Of a stretch of DNA of 64,000 nt, positions 21,901 through 31,318 are shown one piece after another. The notes below the pieces were generated by a model. The model saw only the letters and a list, made by a program, of their open reading frames with translations. It did no database searches and had not been told where the DNA came from. The DNA is from Rheinheimera sp. (GTDB taxonomy: Bacteria > Pseudomonadota > Gammaproteobacteria > Enterobacterales > Alteromonadaceae), in NCBI RefSeq assembly GCF_030690345.1, contig NZ_JAUYGV010000008.1:433-64432 (forward strand), in the 5' to 3' direction. The stretch's first letter is position 1, and every line of letters starts with the position of its first letter. The position numbers were made by a program, and so were the translations under genes.

Positions 21901-22232
21901 GTATCACCCGACCATGTATTGCCCGACAAAGTGTTGTCAATACGCGCAATAATACCAAGCAGCGGGGCAAGCCGAGCACCGTAAGCGTTAAAGGCATGTT
22001 CTGCTATTGGTAGTACACTGATCTTTGTTGGCAAGGCCGAGTGTGCATCCAGCAGTGCCTGCAGCCGTGGCAGAAAGATAAATTGCAGCCATTGCTCAAG
22101 CGACATAGTATCGCAGCAAAATGGTGCCGTACTGGCCATCGCTTTAGCAACGGGCGGCGCAGCACTCCAGAGTTGCTGCTGCTTCAGCTCGGTTTCCAGT
22201 TCAATAAGCAGGGATTTAACGGCGTCTGACAT
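21897..22232 (-). CDS. yqcC: YqcC family protein (DUF446)
   Basis: The ORF-track frame is 21897..22313. I prefer the ATG at 22232 (MSDAVKSLLIELETELKQQQLWS..., ~111 aa) because it is preceded by GAGG and gives typical YqcC length. There is a 4-nt overlap with truC. Confidence 0.72.
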   Translation of the reverse strand: MSDAVKSLLIELETELKQQQLWSAAPPVAKAMASTAPFCCDTMSLEQWLQFIFLPRLQALLDAHSALPTKISVLPIAEHAFNAYGARLAPLLGIIARIDNTLSGNTWSGDT

Positions 22233-22341
22233 AACTACCTCATAGTAAGCAGCGCAGTTTAGCATAAGCAAAAGCCACAGCCAGCCCTTGTAAAACAACA
22301 TGCTAATCAGCATTATCAGCCAATAGCTTTAGGAGTAGAGT

Positions 22342-22641
22342 ATGGGTTCGGTATTATTGCTGCTGGCAGTCAGCACTATTTGTTATCTGTTTTGGCTGCA
22401 GCGTAAACAGGATGAGCGTGCCGTTGTCGTAGCGCGCCAGTTGTGCCAACAGCAGCAACTACAGCTGCTCGATTGCGGTCGCAGTGGTCATAGTTTTCGC
22501 AGAATTAACGGCCGCTTACGTTTTATTACGCTATACCAGGTCGATTTCAGCGGCGATGGCGAAAGCCGATATCAAGCAGAACTGTTGCTAAGCGGTATGC
22601 GGCTGGCCGCTTTTAACTTACCGGCTTACCGTATTAATTAG
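22342..22641 (+). CDS. DUF3301-like small membrane-anchored protein
   Basis: 99-aa ORF with an N-terminal TM helix followed by WLQRKQDERA...QQLQLLD... The pattern resembles DUF3301, recalled from memory. Confidence 0.6.
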   Translation: MGSVLLLLAVSTICYLFWLQRKQDERAVVVARQLCQQQQLQLLDCGRSGHSFRRINGRLRFITLYQVDFSGDGESRYQAELLLSGMRLAAFNLPAYRIN

Positions 22642-22951
22642 CCGGCAGCTTGCGTTTTAACTGCCCGGTAAGAAAGTCTTTTAGCATGACCCAATCCGCC
22701 GCCAGGCTGTAAAACGGATAGTCAAAGGTTGCCGGTTTATTGTGTTCAAACATAAAATGGCCAAGCCAGGCAAAACCGTAACCAATAACCGGCAATAGCC
22801 ACAACCAGAGCCATTGCTGCGTCAACAGCACATACAACAACACGGCGATCACTAAAGCGCTGCCAATATAATGCAGCGCACGGCATACAGGGTTTTGGTG
22901 TTCACTTAAATAATACGGGTAAAACTCTGCGAAACTACTGAATTTACTCAT
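22634..22951 (-). CDS. DUF962 (Mpo1-like) membrane protein
   Basis: 105-aa ORF: FAEFYPYYLSEHQNPVCRALHYIGS...GYGFAWLGHFMFEHNKPATF..., typical of DUF962. Confidence 0.7.
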   Translation of the reverse strand: MSKFSSFAEFYPYYLSEHQNPVCRALHYIGSALVIAVLLYVLLTQQWLWLWLLPVIGYGFAWLGHFMFEHNKPATFDYPFYSLAADWVMLKDFLTGQLKRKLPAN

Positions 22952-22972
22952 AAAAGTTATCCCCTTATTAAG

Positions 22973-23623
22973 TCACACGGCCAGCTGCTGCCGTGGCCGG
23001 AACATCAGGGTACCACTTACCGTATTAAACGCCAGTTCAGTTACCGGCTGATATTTATCATCAGCAAAAAAGGCCTGGTATTTTTCCAGCGTAACAAAGA
23101 CACCAATACCGGCAGAGTGCTGGTCTTTGTCGACAATCGAATCCACCGCATGGATCAGATAATGCCCAAGGCCCAGATGTTGTTGCTTGGGGGCAACAGC
23201 AATAAAGGCCAGCATATGGTAGCGCTGCGCTGGCATAGCGGCATGAATTTTTTGCTCTTTTTCCAGCAACTGTTTAGTAGAAACGTAACCGGCCGTCAGC
23301 AGCATTTTCAGGCGCCAGTGCCACAACCGCCCGGCACCGATACCGGAGTCCGGTGCTATCACACAGGCCACGCCCAGCAACTGCTCGCCGTTAAACAGCC
23401 CTATCATTGGCTGTTTAGCTTGCCAAAAGGTATTGAGCTCTTCTCTGATCGCGGCCCGCAACCGCTGCTCATAATCCGGCTTGTCGGCACGGAAAATTTC
23501 CATAAACAACGGGTCATCATGATAAGACTGATACAACAACGACGCTGCCAATTTTAATTCATCAGCACTGAGTAACATGGCTTTTAACCGGTCCAACTCT
23601 ACTGTATTCAGTTCAGCTAACAT
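22973..23623 (-). CDS. GNAT-family N-acetyltransferase (putative)
   Basis: The ORF frame extends to 23713. I prefer the ATG at 23623 (MLAELNTVELDRL...), which is preceded by GGGGA. The C-terminal half has an acetyl-CoA-binding-like segment (LAFIAVAPKQQHLGLGHYLI). Confidence 0.55.
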   Translation of the reverse strand: MLAELNTVELDRLKAMLLSADELKLAASLLYQSYHDDPLFMEIFRADKPDYEQRLRAAIREELNTFWQAKQPMIGLFNGEQLLGVACVIAPDSGIGAGRLWHWRLKMLLTAGYVSTKQLLEKEQKIHAAMPAQRYHMLAFIAVAPKQQHLGLGHYLIHAVDSIVDKDQHSAGIGVFVTLEKYQAFFADDKYQPVTELAFNTVSGTLMFRPRQQLAV

Positions 23624-23758
23624 ACATTCCCCGACTGTTATTGTTGTTTTTTTATCCACAATAGCAGTGCGGCTATCAATTGCCAAGCAACCCATTACAG
23701 CAATCAGCAGCAAAGCTGACTATGCTTACAACAACGCTTTAAACAGCAGAGGCTTTTT

Positions 23759-23986
23759 ATGGATATGTCAGAGCACAATTTACGCACTTTGTTTGCCCAA
23801 CTCGGCCTGAGTAACAATGAACAGGCGATAGCGCAGTTTATCCGCCAACACAGGTTGGCGCCGGGCATGGCCATTCAGGATGCGCCGTTCTGGAATAGCG
23901 CCCAGGCCAGCTTTTTGCGTGAGTCGCTAAAACAGGATGCCGAATGGTGTGAGATTATTGATGAGTTAAATGCTCTGTTGCATTAA
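23759..23986 (+). CDS. DUF2789-like small protein
   Basis: 75-aa ORF: LRTLFAQLGLSNNEQAIAQFIRQHRL...FWNSAQASFLRESLKQDAEWCEIIDELN, resembling the DUF2789 family from memory. Confidence 0.6.
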   Translation: MDMSEHNLRTLFAQLGLSNNEQAIAQFIRQHRLAPGMAIQDAPFWNSAQASFLRESLKQDAEWCEIIDELNALLH

Positions 23987-24020
23987 GCAACAGAGCGAAT
24001 TTATTACAGATACGGCGGGA

Positions 24021-24380
24021 TTACAGATACTTGTAGGCTTTGTCGCCCCAACCTGTTAGAAGGTTTTGTTTGAAAATCAGCGGTGTGCATTCTTCTTTAG
24101 TGGTTTTACCATCACTTTTATGATGATGGGTGCGGTAAAATAATACTGTTACCGTTTCTCCCTCATGGCTGAATGACTCGGTGAAATCCGGCGTACCCAA
24201 TAATGTACGTATATCTTCTGCACTGCTATCCAATGCCAGTTTACTGATTTGTTGCTGATTATACTGCTGGGTTTTCTTCCAGTTGCTGTCATCATCAAAC
24301 TCATGATCACCACCCACAGCAATAACACATCCCGACAACGTCACTGCCAAAGCCGCAGCAATAAAAAATTTACCTAACAT
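24021..24380 (-). CDS. DUF3192-like lipoprotein
   Basis: 119-aa ORF with a lipobox LSGC and LLGTPDFTESF...TVLFYRTHHHKSDGKTTKEECTPLIFKQNLL. A paralogous C-terminal domain occurs at 31319..31723. Confidence 0.7.
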   Translation of the reverse strand: MLGKFFIAAALAVTLSGCVIAVGGDHEFDDDSNWKKTQQYNQQQISKLALDSSAEDIRTLLGTPDFTESFSHEGETVTVLFYRTHHHKSDGKTTKEECTPLIFKQNLLTGWGDKAYKYL

Positions 24381-24556
24381 AATGATTTTCCTGTGTTGTT
24401 TTAGTTAACCGGCCGCTATTTCAGGCTCTTATGCATACAGCAAAGAGCGTGCCACAGATTAAAGCGATATAAAACAGTATGTTAATAAACACAAGCTACT
24501 CTTCAACGCGGATTAGTGGTAAATTCCGCCACTAGTTAGTCAAACAGGCAACCAAC

Positions 24557-24847
24557 ATGACAGACCCGGTACAACTGCTGCAACAAGTAGCGACTCAGCT
24601 GCAACAGGAAGGTAAAACCCCCAGCCTGGCGCTGTTTCGTGCACGGTTGGCAGGCCGGATTGCGCCGCAGCAGCTGTTTACGGCTTATCAGCACTGGCGC
24701 AACAACCCTGTTATTGCCGCTGTGATTGAAAACACTGAACCAGCCACCACAGCGCCTGCAATGCCGGTGGATAATAACGACATCGCGGCCAGCCTGGCGA
24801 GGATTGAAGCTAAGCTGGATTTACTGCTCAGTAAGTTGGATAAATAG
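24557..24847 (+). CDS. KfrA_N-like putative DNA-binding protein with C-terminal coiled coil
   Basis: 96-aa ORF. The N-terminus QLLQQVATQLQQEGKTPSLALFRARLAGRIAPQQLFTAYQHWR follows the KfrA N-terminal pattern (G.xPT/S..x.R..LG...). The stop lies 2 nt before the next gene's ATG. Confidence 0.5.
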   Translation: MTDPVQLLQQVATQLQQEGKTPSLALFRARLAGRIAPQQLFTAYQHWRNNPVIAAVIENTEPATTAPAMPVDNNDIAASLARIEAKLDLLLSKLDK

Positions 24848-24849
24848 CC

Positions 24850-25629
24850 ATGTATGTGGCGCAGCTGCAATTTAAGCTGATTGCGGATACGGATTTTGGC
24901 AGTGCTGAAGCCGCTATTCGCCGCTATATTGAAGCACTGATTTTTAATGGCCAGCTACTGGGCCGCGAATTCCCTACTGCGTGGCAGCAAGACAGCTTTA
25001 GCAGTAGGGTTGTGCTGCCGGCAGAAGATGCGCTGCTGCAAAAATATCACAGTGCACGCGGCATTAAGGCAATGGAGCACTTAGCCAGCGCAGGGCTGGC
25101 CTACCCGCAACTGCAGCTGCTGGGTATGGATCTGATGTCACAACATACCGATCCGTGCCAACAGCCGGAGTTTTATATTCTGTACAGCCGCTTTAATGAC
25201 ACCTGCTCAGCACTACGCTGTGGTGAACATTTCGCACCGCTGCCGTTATATCAGCTGAAAACCACACAACCGGACCATGAACAGTTGATCCGCTGGCAGT
25301 TGCAATATCAGGCGCTGGACGAAATACAGATGCAGCAAAGCCGCGTCCTGCTAAAAAGTGCCGAGCGCAGTTTGCAGCAACTTAACAGCCGGTTAAACAA
25401 CCAGGGCCGGCAGTTGGCCCGGCAACTGGAACGCAGCAACGGTAAAGCCGTGTACTACGCACTTTATAGTGGCAGCAGTAACGACTGCTCACAGGAAGCC
25501 GGAAAAACCTGCCCCGGCTGCGGCGGTAATTGGCGCTTAGCCCAACCGCTGCATCAGCTGTTTGATTTTAAATGCGAGCCATGCCGTTTAGTCAGCAATA
25601 TTGCCTGGGATTGTCAGAGCCCGTCATAA
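24850..25629 (+). CDS. Zn-ribbon protein, DUF2310-like
   Basis: 259-aa ORF with a C-terminal CPGCGGNW...FKCEPCRL CxxC...CxxC ribbon. Overall layout resembles DUF2310 proteins of Vibrio/Shewanella-type genomes (from memory). Confidence 0.55.
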   Translation: MYVAQLQFKLIADTDFGSAEAAIRRYIEALIFNGQLLGREFPTAWQQDSFSSRVVLPAEDALLQKYHSARGIKAMEHLASAGLAYPQLQLLGMDLMSQHTDPCQQPEFYILYSRFNDTCSALRCGEHFAPLPLYQLKTTQPDHEQLIRWQLQYQALDEIQMQQSRVLLKSAERSLQQLNSRLNNQGRQLARQLERSNGKAVYYALYSGSSNDCSQEAGKTCPGCGGNWRLAQPLHQLFDFKCEPCRLVSNIAWDCQSPS

Positions 25630-26180
25630 CTGCAAGGCGTAAGCTGCGCCAAAAAGTCAGCCAGATTATCCGCCAGCTTTTCTGTCACCTCACGGCCGAC
25701 ATGCTCCAGATAGACTTCGCCGGTGCTATTTAACACCGACAGCAATACGGCATCATCTTCCGTGGTGGCGAAAAATACTGTTTCACGCTGTTTTAACCGC
25801 CGCTTCATCAAGATATGGCCGATGATATTTTCCTGCAGCCGTTTTATATCCTCACTGTTCCATACCATCAGCAACGCCAGCTTGCCGCGCGGGTGCACAG
25901 CGGCCAGTCCGGCACCGTAATACAGCTGGTAAAAAGCTTTAATATCGTCGTGCAGCTTCAGCTCCAGTGCTTGTTCAACATTGCTGAAATCTGCTGCCGG
26001 CTGCTGTAACAACGGCTGCCATTGCACAGTGTTATCGACAATAGCGCCTACCTGACAAGGCGATGGGCTAGCCGGGTCTGCCAGGGTACTTAATGCCAGA
26101 TTGTGTTGCTGATGCCATTGTATGGCTTGTTGGATAAATTGGCTGTAATTCGTTGCCAGAGCCACGCGACCTTCCGTCAA
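25614..26180 (-). CDS. syd: SecY-interacting protein Syd
   Basis: 188-aa ORF colinear with E. coli Syd (..WQPLLQ..., SEDIKRLQENIIGHILMKRRLKQ...). Adjacent to queF as in E. coli. Confidence 0.85.
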   Translation of the reverse strand: MTEGRVALATNYSQFIQQAIQWHQQHNLALSTLADPASPSPCQVGAIVDNTVQWQPLLQQPAADFSNVEQALELKLHDDIKAFYQLYYGAGLAAVHPRGKLALLMVWNSEDIKRLQENIIGHILMKRRLKQRETVFFATTEDDAVLLSVLNSTGEVYLEHVGREVTEKLADNLADFLAQLTPCSYDGL

Positions 26181-26238
26181 ACTTTATGATAAACTTGCGC
26201 CATTGTAACGCCAACTACGCCGTGATGACAAAGCAGAC

Positions 26239-27081
26239 ATGACCAGCAGCCACTCAGATCTTCTTGCCGGGTTAAGCCTTGGTAAAGTAACCGCCTATGC
26301 CGATAAATACGATGCCGGTTTATTACAGGCAGTGCCGCGCAGTTTGGGCCGGGATGATATTGGTTTGGACCCTGCTGCCCTGCCTTTTGTCGGCCAGGAT
26401 ATCTGGCACGGTTACGAGTTGTCCTGGCTTAACGCCAAAGGCAAACCGATGGTAGCGCTGGCCACCTTTGTAGTGCCGTTTGATTCTGCCAACCTGATTG
26501 AATCCAAATCGTTTAAGCTGTACCTGAACAGCTTTAATCAAAGCCGTTTTCCTGATCTGGGCCAGGTATATCAGCATTTACAGCGCGATTTATCGGCTTG
26601 CGCCGGTAAGCCGGTAAAAGTCAGCCTGCACAACGTAAATGAAATTATGGCATTTCAGCCAACCTGGATCCCGGGCCGCTGCATTGATGATCTGGATATT
26701 GAAATCGATCAGTACCAGTATGATGCCAGCTTGCTACAAACCCAAACCGACGCTGATATTGTCGAAGAGAAGCTACACTCGCATTTACTGAAATCAAATT
26801 GCTTAATTACCTCGCAACCTGACTGGGCCAGTGTTTATATTCACTATCGCGGCAAAGCGCTGGATCATGCAGCACTGTTACGCTATCTGATCAGTTTTCG
26901 CAGTCATAACGAATTTCATGAACAATGTGTAGAACGTATTTTTTCTGACATCTGGTCCCGTTGTCAGCCGTCTTTTCTTGCTGTCTATGCCCGCTACACC
27001 AGACGCGGCGGCCTGGATATCAATCCCTGGCGTGCCAGTGAGCTTTGCACCCCACCTGCTATCCGCCTGAGCCGACAGTAA
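26239..27081 (+). CDS. queF: NADPH-dependent 7-cyano-7-deazaguanine reductase (two-domain type)
   Basis: 280-aa ORF with the [14 protein letters not shown] and ...[14 protein letters not shown]... (catalytic Cys) motifs. Confidence 0.93.
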   Translation: MTSSHSDLLAGLSLGKVTAYADKYDAGLLQAVPRSLGRDDIGLDPAALPFVGQDIWHGYELSWLNAKGKPMVALATFVVPFDSANLIESKSFKLYLNSFNQSRFPDLGQVYQHLQRDLSACAGKPVKVSLHNVNEIMAFQPTWIPGRCIDDLDIEIDQYQYDASLLQTQTDADIVEEKLHSHLLKSNCLITSQPDWASVYIHYRGKALDHAALLRYLISFRSHNEFHEQCVERIFSDIWSRCQPSFLAVYARYTRRGGLDINPWRASELCTPPAIRLSRQ

Positions 27082-27327
27082 TCATGTTTTAATACATAAC
27101 TACTTTCACAGAATTAGCAATTAGCCGATTTTGAAAAATAAATTAAGTGTTATTTATCAACAATCTGAGCAAAAATCGGTTAACTGTACACTTTACATAA
27201 CGGGAAAAAGCTGTAACTCAGCATGAAATACTACAGATCAACTTTCAAAAATAACTGATTTCTGCTTAAATAGTCGGCGTTTGGCAGACGGACTGCCGGA
27301 CAGTAGTTCCAACAAGGAATGCTGATT

Positions 27328-27390
27328 ATGCAATATCTTACCTCTACTGAAGAACAATCCTGGTTACCTTATTACCTGTGTAAAAAGTAA
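27328..27390 (+). CDS. candidate 20-codon small ORF (MQYLTSTEEQSWLPYYLCKK)
   Basis: ATG preceded by AAGGA ~8 nt upstream. The stop is followed ~25 nt later by a strong intrinsic terminator. Coding status is unproven. Confidence 0.25.
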   Translation: MQYLTSTEEQSWLPYYLCKK

Positions 27391-27415
27391 ACCGGTAAAA
27401 AAACATCCCCTACCA

Positions 27416-27442
27416 CAGCGGGCTTTGCCCGCTGTTTTTTTT
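27416..27442 (+). terminator. intrinsic terminator in the queF-GGDEF intergenic region
   Basis: CAGCGGGC-ttt-GCCCGCTG hairpin followed by 8 T. Confidence 0.78.
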
Positions 27443-27511
27443 CCATTCAGCTCATTTCTGTACAAACAGTGATCGCATTTACAGCGATAGTCGATATACT
27501 TAAGCCTAAAC

Positions 27512-29092
27512 ATGCATTTAACCATGAACTCTCAGGTGGTGGCCTTGCAGGACGACTCTAAACAACAGCTGACTAATGCTCTGAAAGCACGTAAAACGCT
27601 GGAAGACACTTATGAAGCGCAGTTTAAAATCCTGGCGTTATTTGTGTCCAGATTATCATTGGCATGTAAAGGTGTTGATATTGACCTGGATAACCGGTTG
27701 GCGAAACTTCGCACCGAGCTTAATCGTGGCACTGACCTCGAAAAGCTATTGCCTTTTATTGAAGCTACCAGCGACAACCTTAAGCTGTTGGAATCACGCC
27801 ACCAGGCGGACATTCAGCGCATGCAACAAGGCCTGGCTGACGCCGGGAAAATGTTGCAACAACAAAAAGGTCTTCCTGATCAACTACGCCGCGATTTACG
27901 CCTGTTGTTGGGTAAAGTTGGCCAACCCTCCGCTACCGTGCATGCCTTTTTACCGCATTTAACTGAACTGGCCAAACTGTATCAAAACGTGCTGCAAGCC
28001 AAACATCAACTGGCAGATGACAGTGAAGATGATGTGCGCTACGGCCATATTTGCCGCCAAATCAGTGTCGAGTTAACCAACCTGCTTAGCGAGTTGGCTT
28101 TTGCCGAAGAAAGCGCGGCTGAAATTGATGAAATTCGTCTGAGCTTGTTGGGTAAGCTGCCGATTGATGCCCTGCTGGAAGCCTGTTTAAAAACCATCGG
28201 TATTATTATCAGCAGCATTAACCGCGAACGGCAGTCCGCTGAGCATTTTCTGTTAAAGCTGAATGACGCCCTGACCAGCGTGCAGCAATCGGTGGTATCG
28301 TCGCTAAGCACCTCTGCTGATCTGAAACAAAAAATGCAGGTGCTGAATCAACAAATTGAGCAGCAAATTGAGCATTTAGGCCATGCCAGCCAAAAAGCCA
28401 CCTCACTGGAGCAATTAAAATTATTGGTCAGCGATAAGTTAACCGCTATTACCGGCTCTTTGCGCGAGAAAGAACAACTGGAACAGCAGGAGCGGCAACA
28501 GTTGTTGTTAACCCTGGGCAATATGGAACAACGTTTGGGCGAGCTGGAAACAGATGCCGGCACTTTTAAAAAGCGCATTGCCGAGCAGAACTTCCGCAGC
28601 CTGCAAGACGCCCTGACCGAAATACCCAACCGCGCCGCTTTTGATGAGCGCTATCAGTTAGAGATTAAACGCTGGCAGCGCTATAAAAAACCGCTTTGTG
28701 TGGTACTGGCAGATGTTGATCACTTTAAGAGCATTAATGACAACTACGGCCACAGCGCCGGTGATAAAACGCTCAAAGTGATAGCTAAAACACTGAAACT
28801 TAACCTGCGCGAAACCGATTTTATCGCCCGTTACGGTGGCGAAGAATTTATTATGCTGTTTCCGGAAACCGAGTTAGCCGAGCTGGAAAAGCCGCTTAAC
28901 GCCTTAAGAGAGAAAATAGGAAAAATCCCGTTTAAATTCAAAAATGTAAACGTGCCTATTACCATTTCATTCGGTGCCACCCGGTATACAGAACAAGACA
29001 CCAACCGCAGCGCTTTTGACCGCGCCGATGAAGCACTGTATGAAGCCAAAAAAGCAGGCCGTGATAAAGTAATTCTTAAACCTGCGTCCTGA
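27512..29092 (+). CDS. diguanylate cyclase (GGDEF domain) with long N-terminal coiled-coil region
   Basis: 526-aa ORF whose C-terminal domain carries DVDHFKSINDNYGHSAGD and RYGGEEF. The ~350-aa N-terminal region is Leu/Gln/Glu-rich with no TM segments. Confidence 0.9.
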   Translation: MHLTMNSQVVALQDDSKQQLTNALKARKTLEDTYEAQFKILALFVSRLSLACKGVDIDLDNRLAKLRTELNRGTDLEKLLPFIEATSDNLKLLESRHQADIQRMQQGLADAGKMLQQQKGLPDQLRRDLRLLLGKVGQPSATVHAFLPHLTELAKLYQNVLQAKHQLADDSEDDVRYGHICRQISVELTNLLSELAFAEESAAEIDEIRLSLLGKLPIDALLEACLKTIGIIISSINRERQSAEHFLLKLNDALTSVQQSVVSSLSTSADLKQKMQVLNQQIEQQIEHLGHASQKATSLEQLKLLVSDKLTAITGSLREKEQLEQQERQQLLLTLGNMEQRLGELETDAGTFKKRIAEQNFRSLQDALTEIPNRAAFDERYQLEIKRWQRYKKPLCVVLADVDHFKSINDNYGHSAGDKTLKVIAKTLKLNLRETDFIARYGGEEFIMLFPETELAELEKPLNALREKIGKIPFKFKNVNVPITISFGATRYTEQDTNRSAFDRADEALYEAKKAGRDKVILKPAS

Positions 29093-29125
29093 GACGGCAT
29101 TAACTGATTGTATAAAGGAGCACAT

Positions 29126-30484
29126 ATGCATGTGCAATTAAACCCGCTTGGGTCTATGGATTTATTGTCCCAACTGGAAGTCGACCACCTAAAACAAAAC
29201 ACGCAACAAGCTGCCTTTACCTTATTTCGTAATTGTTGCCTGGCAGTACTTAATGTTGGCAGCCATACCGACAGCTCGGCTGAAATTTATGACCAGTATA
29301 AAGATTTTGCCGTTAACCTGCTCAGCCGCGAACGCGGTATTAAAATAGAACTGTTTAATCCGCCACTGAGTGCTTTTGTCGACGGCCAGATTATTAAAGG
29401 TATCCACGAACACCTGTTTGCCGTACTGCGCGATATTCTGTTTTACCATAGCCGGCTGCAGAGCAACAAAAGCTGGCTGGATTTAAACAACAGCGCGCAT
29501 ATTACCCACACCGTATTTGATATTTTGCGTAACGCCCGCGTCATAGATGCCAGCAACGAGCCAAATATGATTGTCTGCTGGGGCGGCCATTCCATCAACG
29601 AAACCGAATATAAGTACACCAAAGAAGTAGGCTATGAGCTGGGTCTGCGGGGCATGGATATTTGTACCGGCTGTGGCCCGGGCGCGATGAAAGGCCCGAT
29701 GAAAGGCGCCACCATTGGCCACAATAAACAACGCATCAGCAGCGGCCGTTATCTCGGTCTGACAGAACCGAGCATTATTGCCGCTGAACCGCCCAACCCT
29801 ATCGTTAATGAGCTGGTGATCCTGCCGGATATTGAAAAACGGCTGGAAGCTTTTGTCCGCGTAGCACACGGTATTATTATTTTCCCGGGTGGTGCCGGTA
29901 CCGCAGAAGAGTTGCTGTATTTGCTTGGTATCATGCTGCATAAAGACAACCGGCAGCAAAGCTTGCCGGTTATTTTAACCGGACCAAAACAAAGCGAAGC
30001 TTACTTTCGTGAGATTGCCGGTTTTATCGAAAACACCCTGGGCAACGAAGCACTGAAGCTGATAGAAATTATCATCGATGACGCCCCTGCAGTGGCGCGT
30101 AAGCTGAAACTGGGCGCGGCAGAAGTACGCCACTACCGTAAGTCGGTGGGCGATGCTTATCATTTTAACTGGACACTGCAAATAGAGCCCGACTTCCAGC
30201 AACCCTTTGTCCCGAATCATCAGAATATGGCCGCACTGGACTTGCACACCAACCAGGACAGCGCCAAACTGGCTGCTAACCTGCGCCGTGCTTTTTCCGG
30301 CATAGTAGCCGGCAATGTTAAAGACGAAGGCATTAAAGCTATTCGTCAGCATGGTCCGTTCCAAATAACCGGTGAAGCTAAACTGATGCAAATGATGGAT
30401 ACCCTGTTACAGGCGTTTGTGGAACAAGGCCGGATGAAATTACCCGGCAGTAAATATGAGCCTTGTTACCAGGTACTGCGTTGA
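29126..30484 (+). CDS. ppnN: pyrimidine/purine nucleotide 5'-monophosphate nucleosidase PpnN (YgdH)
   Basis: Colinear with E. coli YgdH (PLGSMDLLSQLEV..., CWGGHSINE, CTGCGPGAMKGPMKGA, PGGAGTAEEL, RRAFSGIVAGNVK). I chose the start at 29126 (MHVQLNPLGS) because it is preceded by AAGGAG; the ORF-track start at 29108 is less likely. Confidence 0.92.
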   Translation: MHVQLNPLGSMDLLSQLEVDHLKQNTQQAAFTLFRNCCLAVLNVGSHTDSSAEIYDQYKDFAVNLLSRERGIKIELFNPPLSAFVDGQIIKGIHEHLFAVLRDILFYHSRLQSNKSWLDLNNSAHITHTVFDILRNARVIDASNEPNMIVCWGGHSINETEYKYTKEVGYELGLRGMDICTGCGPGAMKGPMKGATIGHNKQRISSGRYLGLTEPSIIAAEPPNPIVNELVILPDIEKRLEAFVRVAHGIIIFPGGAGTAEELLYLLGIMLHKDNRQQSLPVILTGPKQSEAYFREIAGFIENTLGNEALKLIEIIIDDAPAVARKLKLGAAEVRHYRKSVGDAYHFNWTLQIEPDFQQPFVPNHQNMAALDLHTNQDSAKLAANLRRAFSGIVAGNVKDEGIKAIRQHGPFQITGEAKLMQMMDTLLQAFVEQGRMKLPGSKYEPCYQVLR

Positions 30485-31296
30485 TGGCACATTTGCTATT
30501 GATAGATGCACTTAACCTGATCAGGCGGCTGTATGCTGTGCAGGAGCGGCCGTATCTGCCATTAGCAGATGATGTAGCAGAAGGCACTAAAACACAGATC
30601 ATCCGTAATACGGAAAACATGTTACGCCAGGCGCTGGCCAGATTGCAGTTGGAACTGCAGCCCAGCCACGCGCTGCTGGTGTTTGACGGCCGTGACAGCC
30701 TGTGGCGTAAAACGCTGTATGCCGATTACAAAGCCAATCGCAAACCAATGCCGGCTATTTTGGCCGATGCCTTACCGGGGCTGCAGCAAACCGCGCAGAC
30801 ATTGGGGTTTAGCAGCGTGCAGCAAGCTGATTATGAAGCCGATGATGTCATCGCCTCGGTTGCGGTCAGATTAGCTCAGCACGGCCAGCAGGTGACCATA
30901 GTATCCACCGACAAAGGTTTTTTGCCGTTGTTGGGGCCCCATATTGCTATTTATGATGCCTTTGCCAGGCAGTTTCAAACCGAAGACGCGGTGCTGCAAA
31001 AGTTCGGTGTTAATAGCGAGCAATTGGTACGTTATTGGAGCCTGGTCGGTGACAGCACGAATAATATTCCCGGCGTGCACGGTATCGGCCCCAAGGGCGC
31101 ACATGATCTTATGGCGTTGGGCGAGACGCTGACACAAGCGTTGGAGCACCCGGATTGCCATAAAAAGTTACGCGAGAAAATTCTTCAACACAAAGAGCAA
31201 ATCAAAATTTTTATGCAGATTTTAACGTTAAAAACTGATGTGCAGTTGGGGCTTAATCTGCAAGATATGCGCATCCAACAGCATGCAAACTCTTAG
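30484..31296 (+). CDS. xni: flap endonuclease Xni (exonuclease IX)
   Basis: MAHLLLIDALNLIRRLYAV... is colinear with E. coli Xni/YgdG. The ATG overlaps the ppnN stop (TGATG). ppnN-xni adjacency matches E. coli ygdH-ygdG. Confidence 0.9.
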   Translation: MAHLLLIDALNLIRRLYAVQERPYLPLADDVAEGTKTQIIRNTENMLRQALARLQLELQPSHALLVFDGRDSLWRKTLYADYKANRKPMPAILADALPGLQQTAQTLGFSSVQQADYEADDVIASVAVRLAQHGQQVTIVSTDKGFLPLLGPHIAIYDAFARQFQTEDAVLQKFGVNSEQLVRYWSLVGDSTNNIPGVHGIGPKGAHDLMALGETLTQALEHPDCHKKLREKILQHKEQIKIFMQILTLKTDVQLGLNLQDMRIQQHANS

Positions 31297-31318
31297 CACA
31301 CACGAGGCTACGCACGCT

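Noticed and set aside
27082-27511. c-di-GMP (GEMM-I/II) riboswitch upstream of the GGDEF gene
   Set aside because: There is no GGCAAACC...GGGACGCAAAGCC-like core or tetraloop-receptor arrangement. The region is AT-rich and largely unstructured apart from the terminator.
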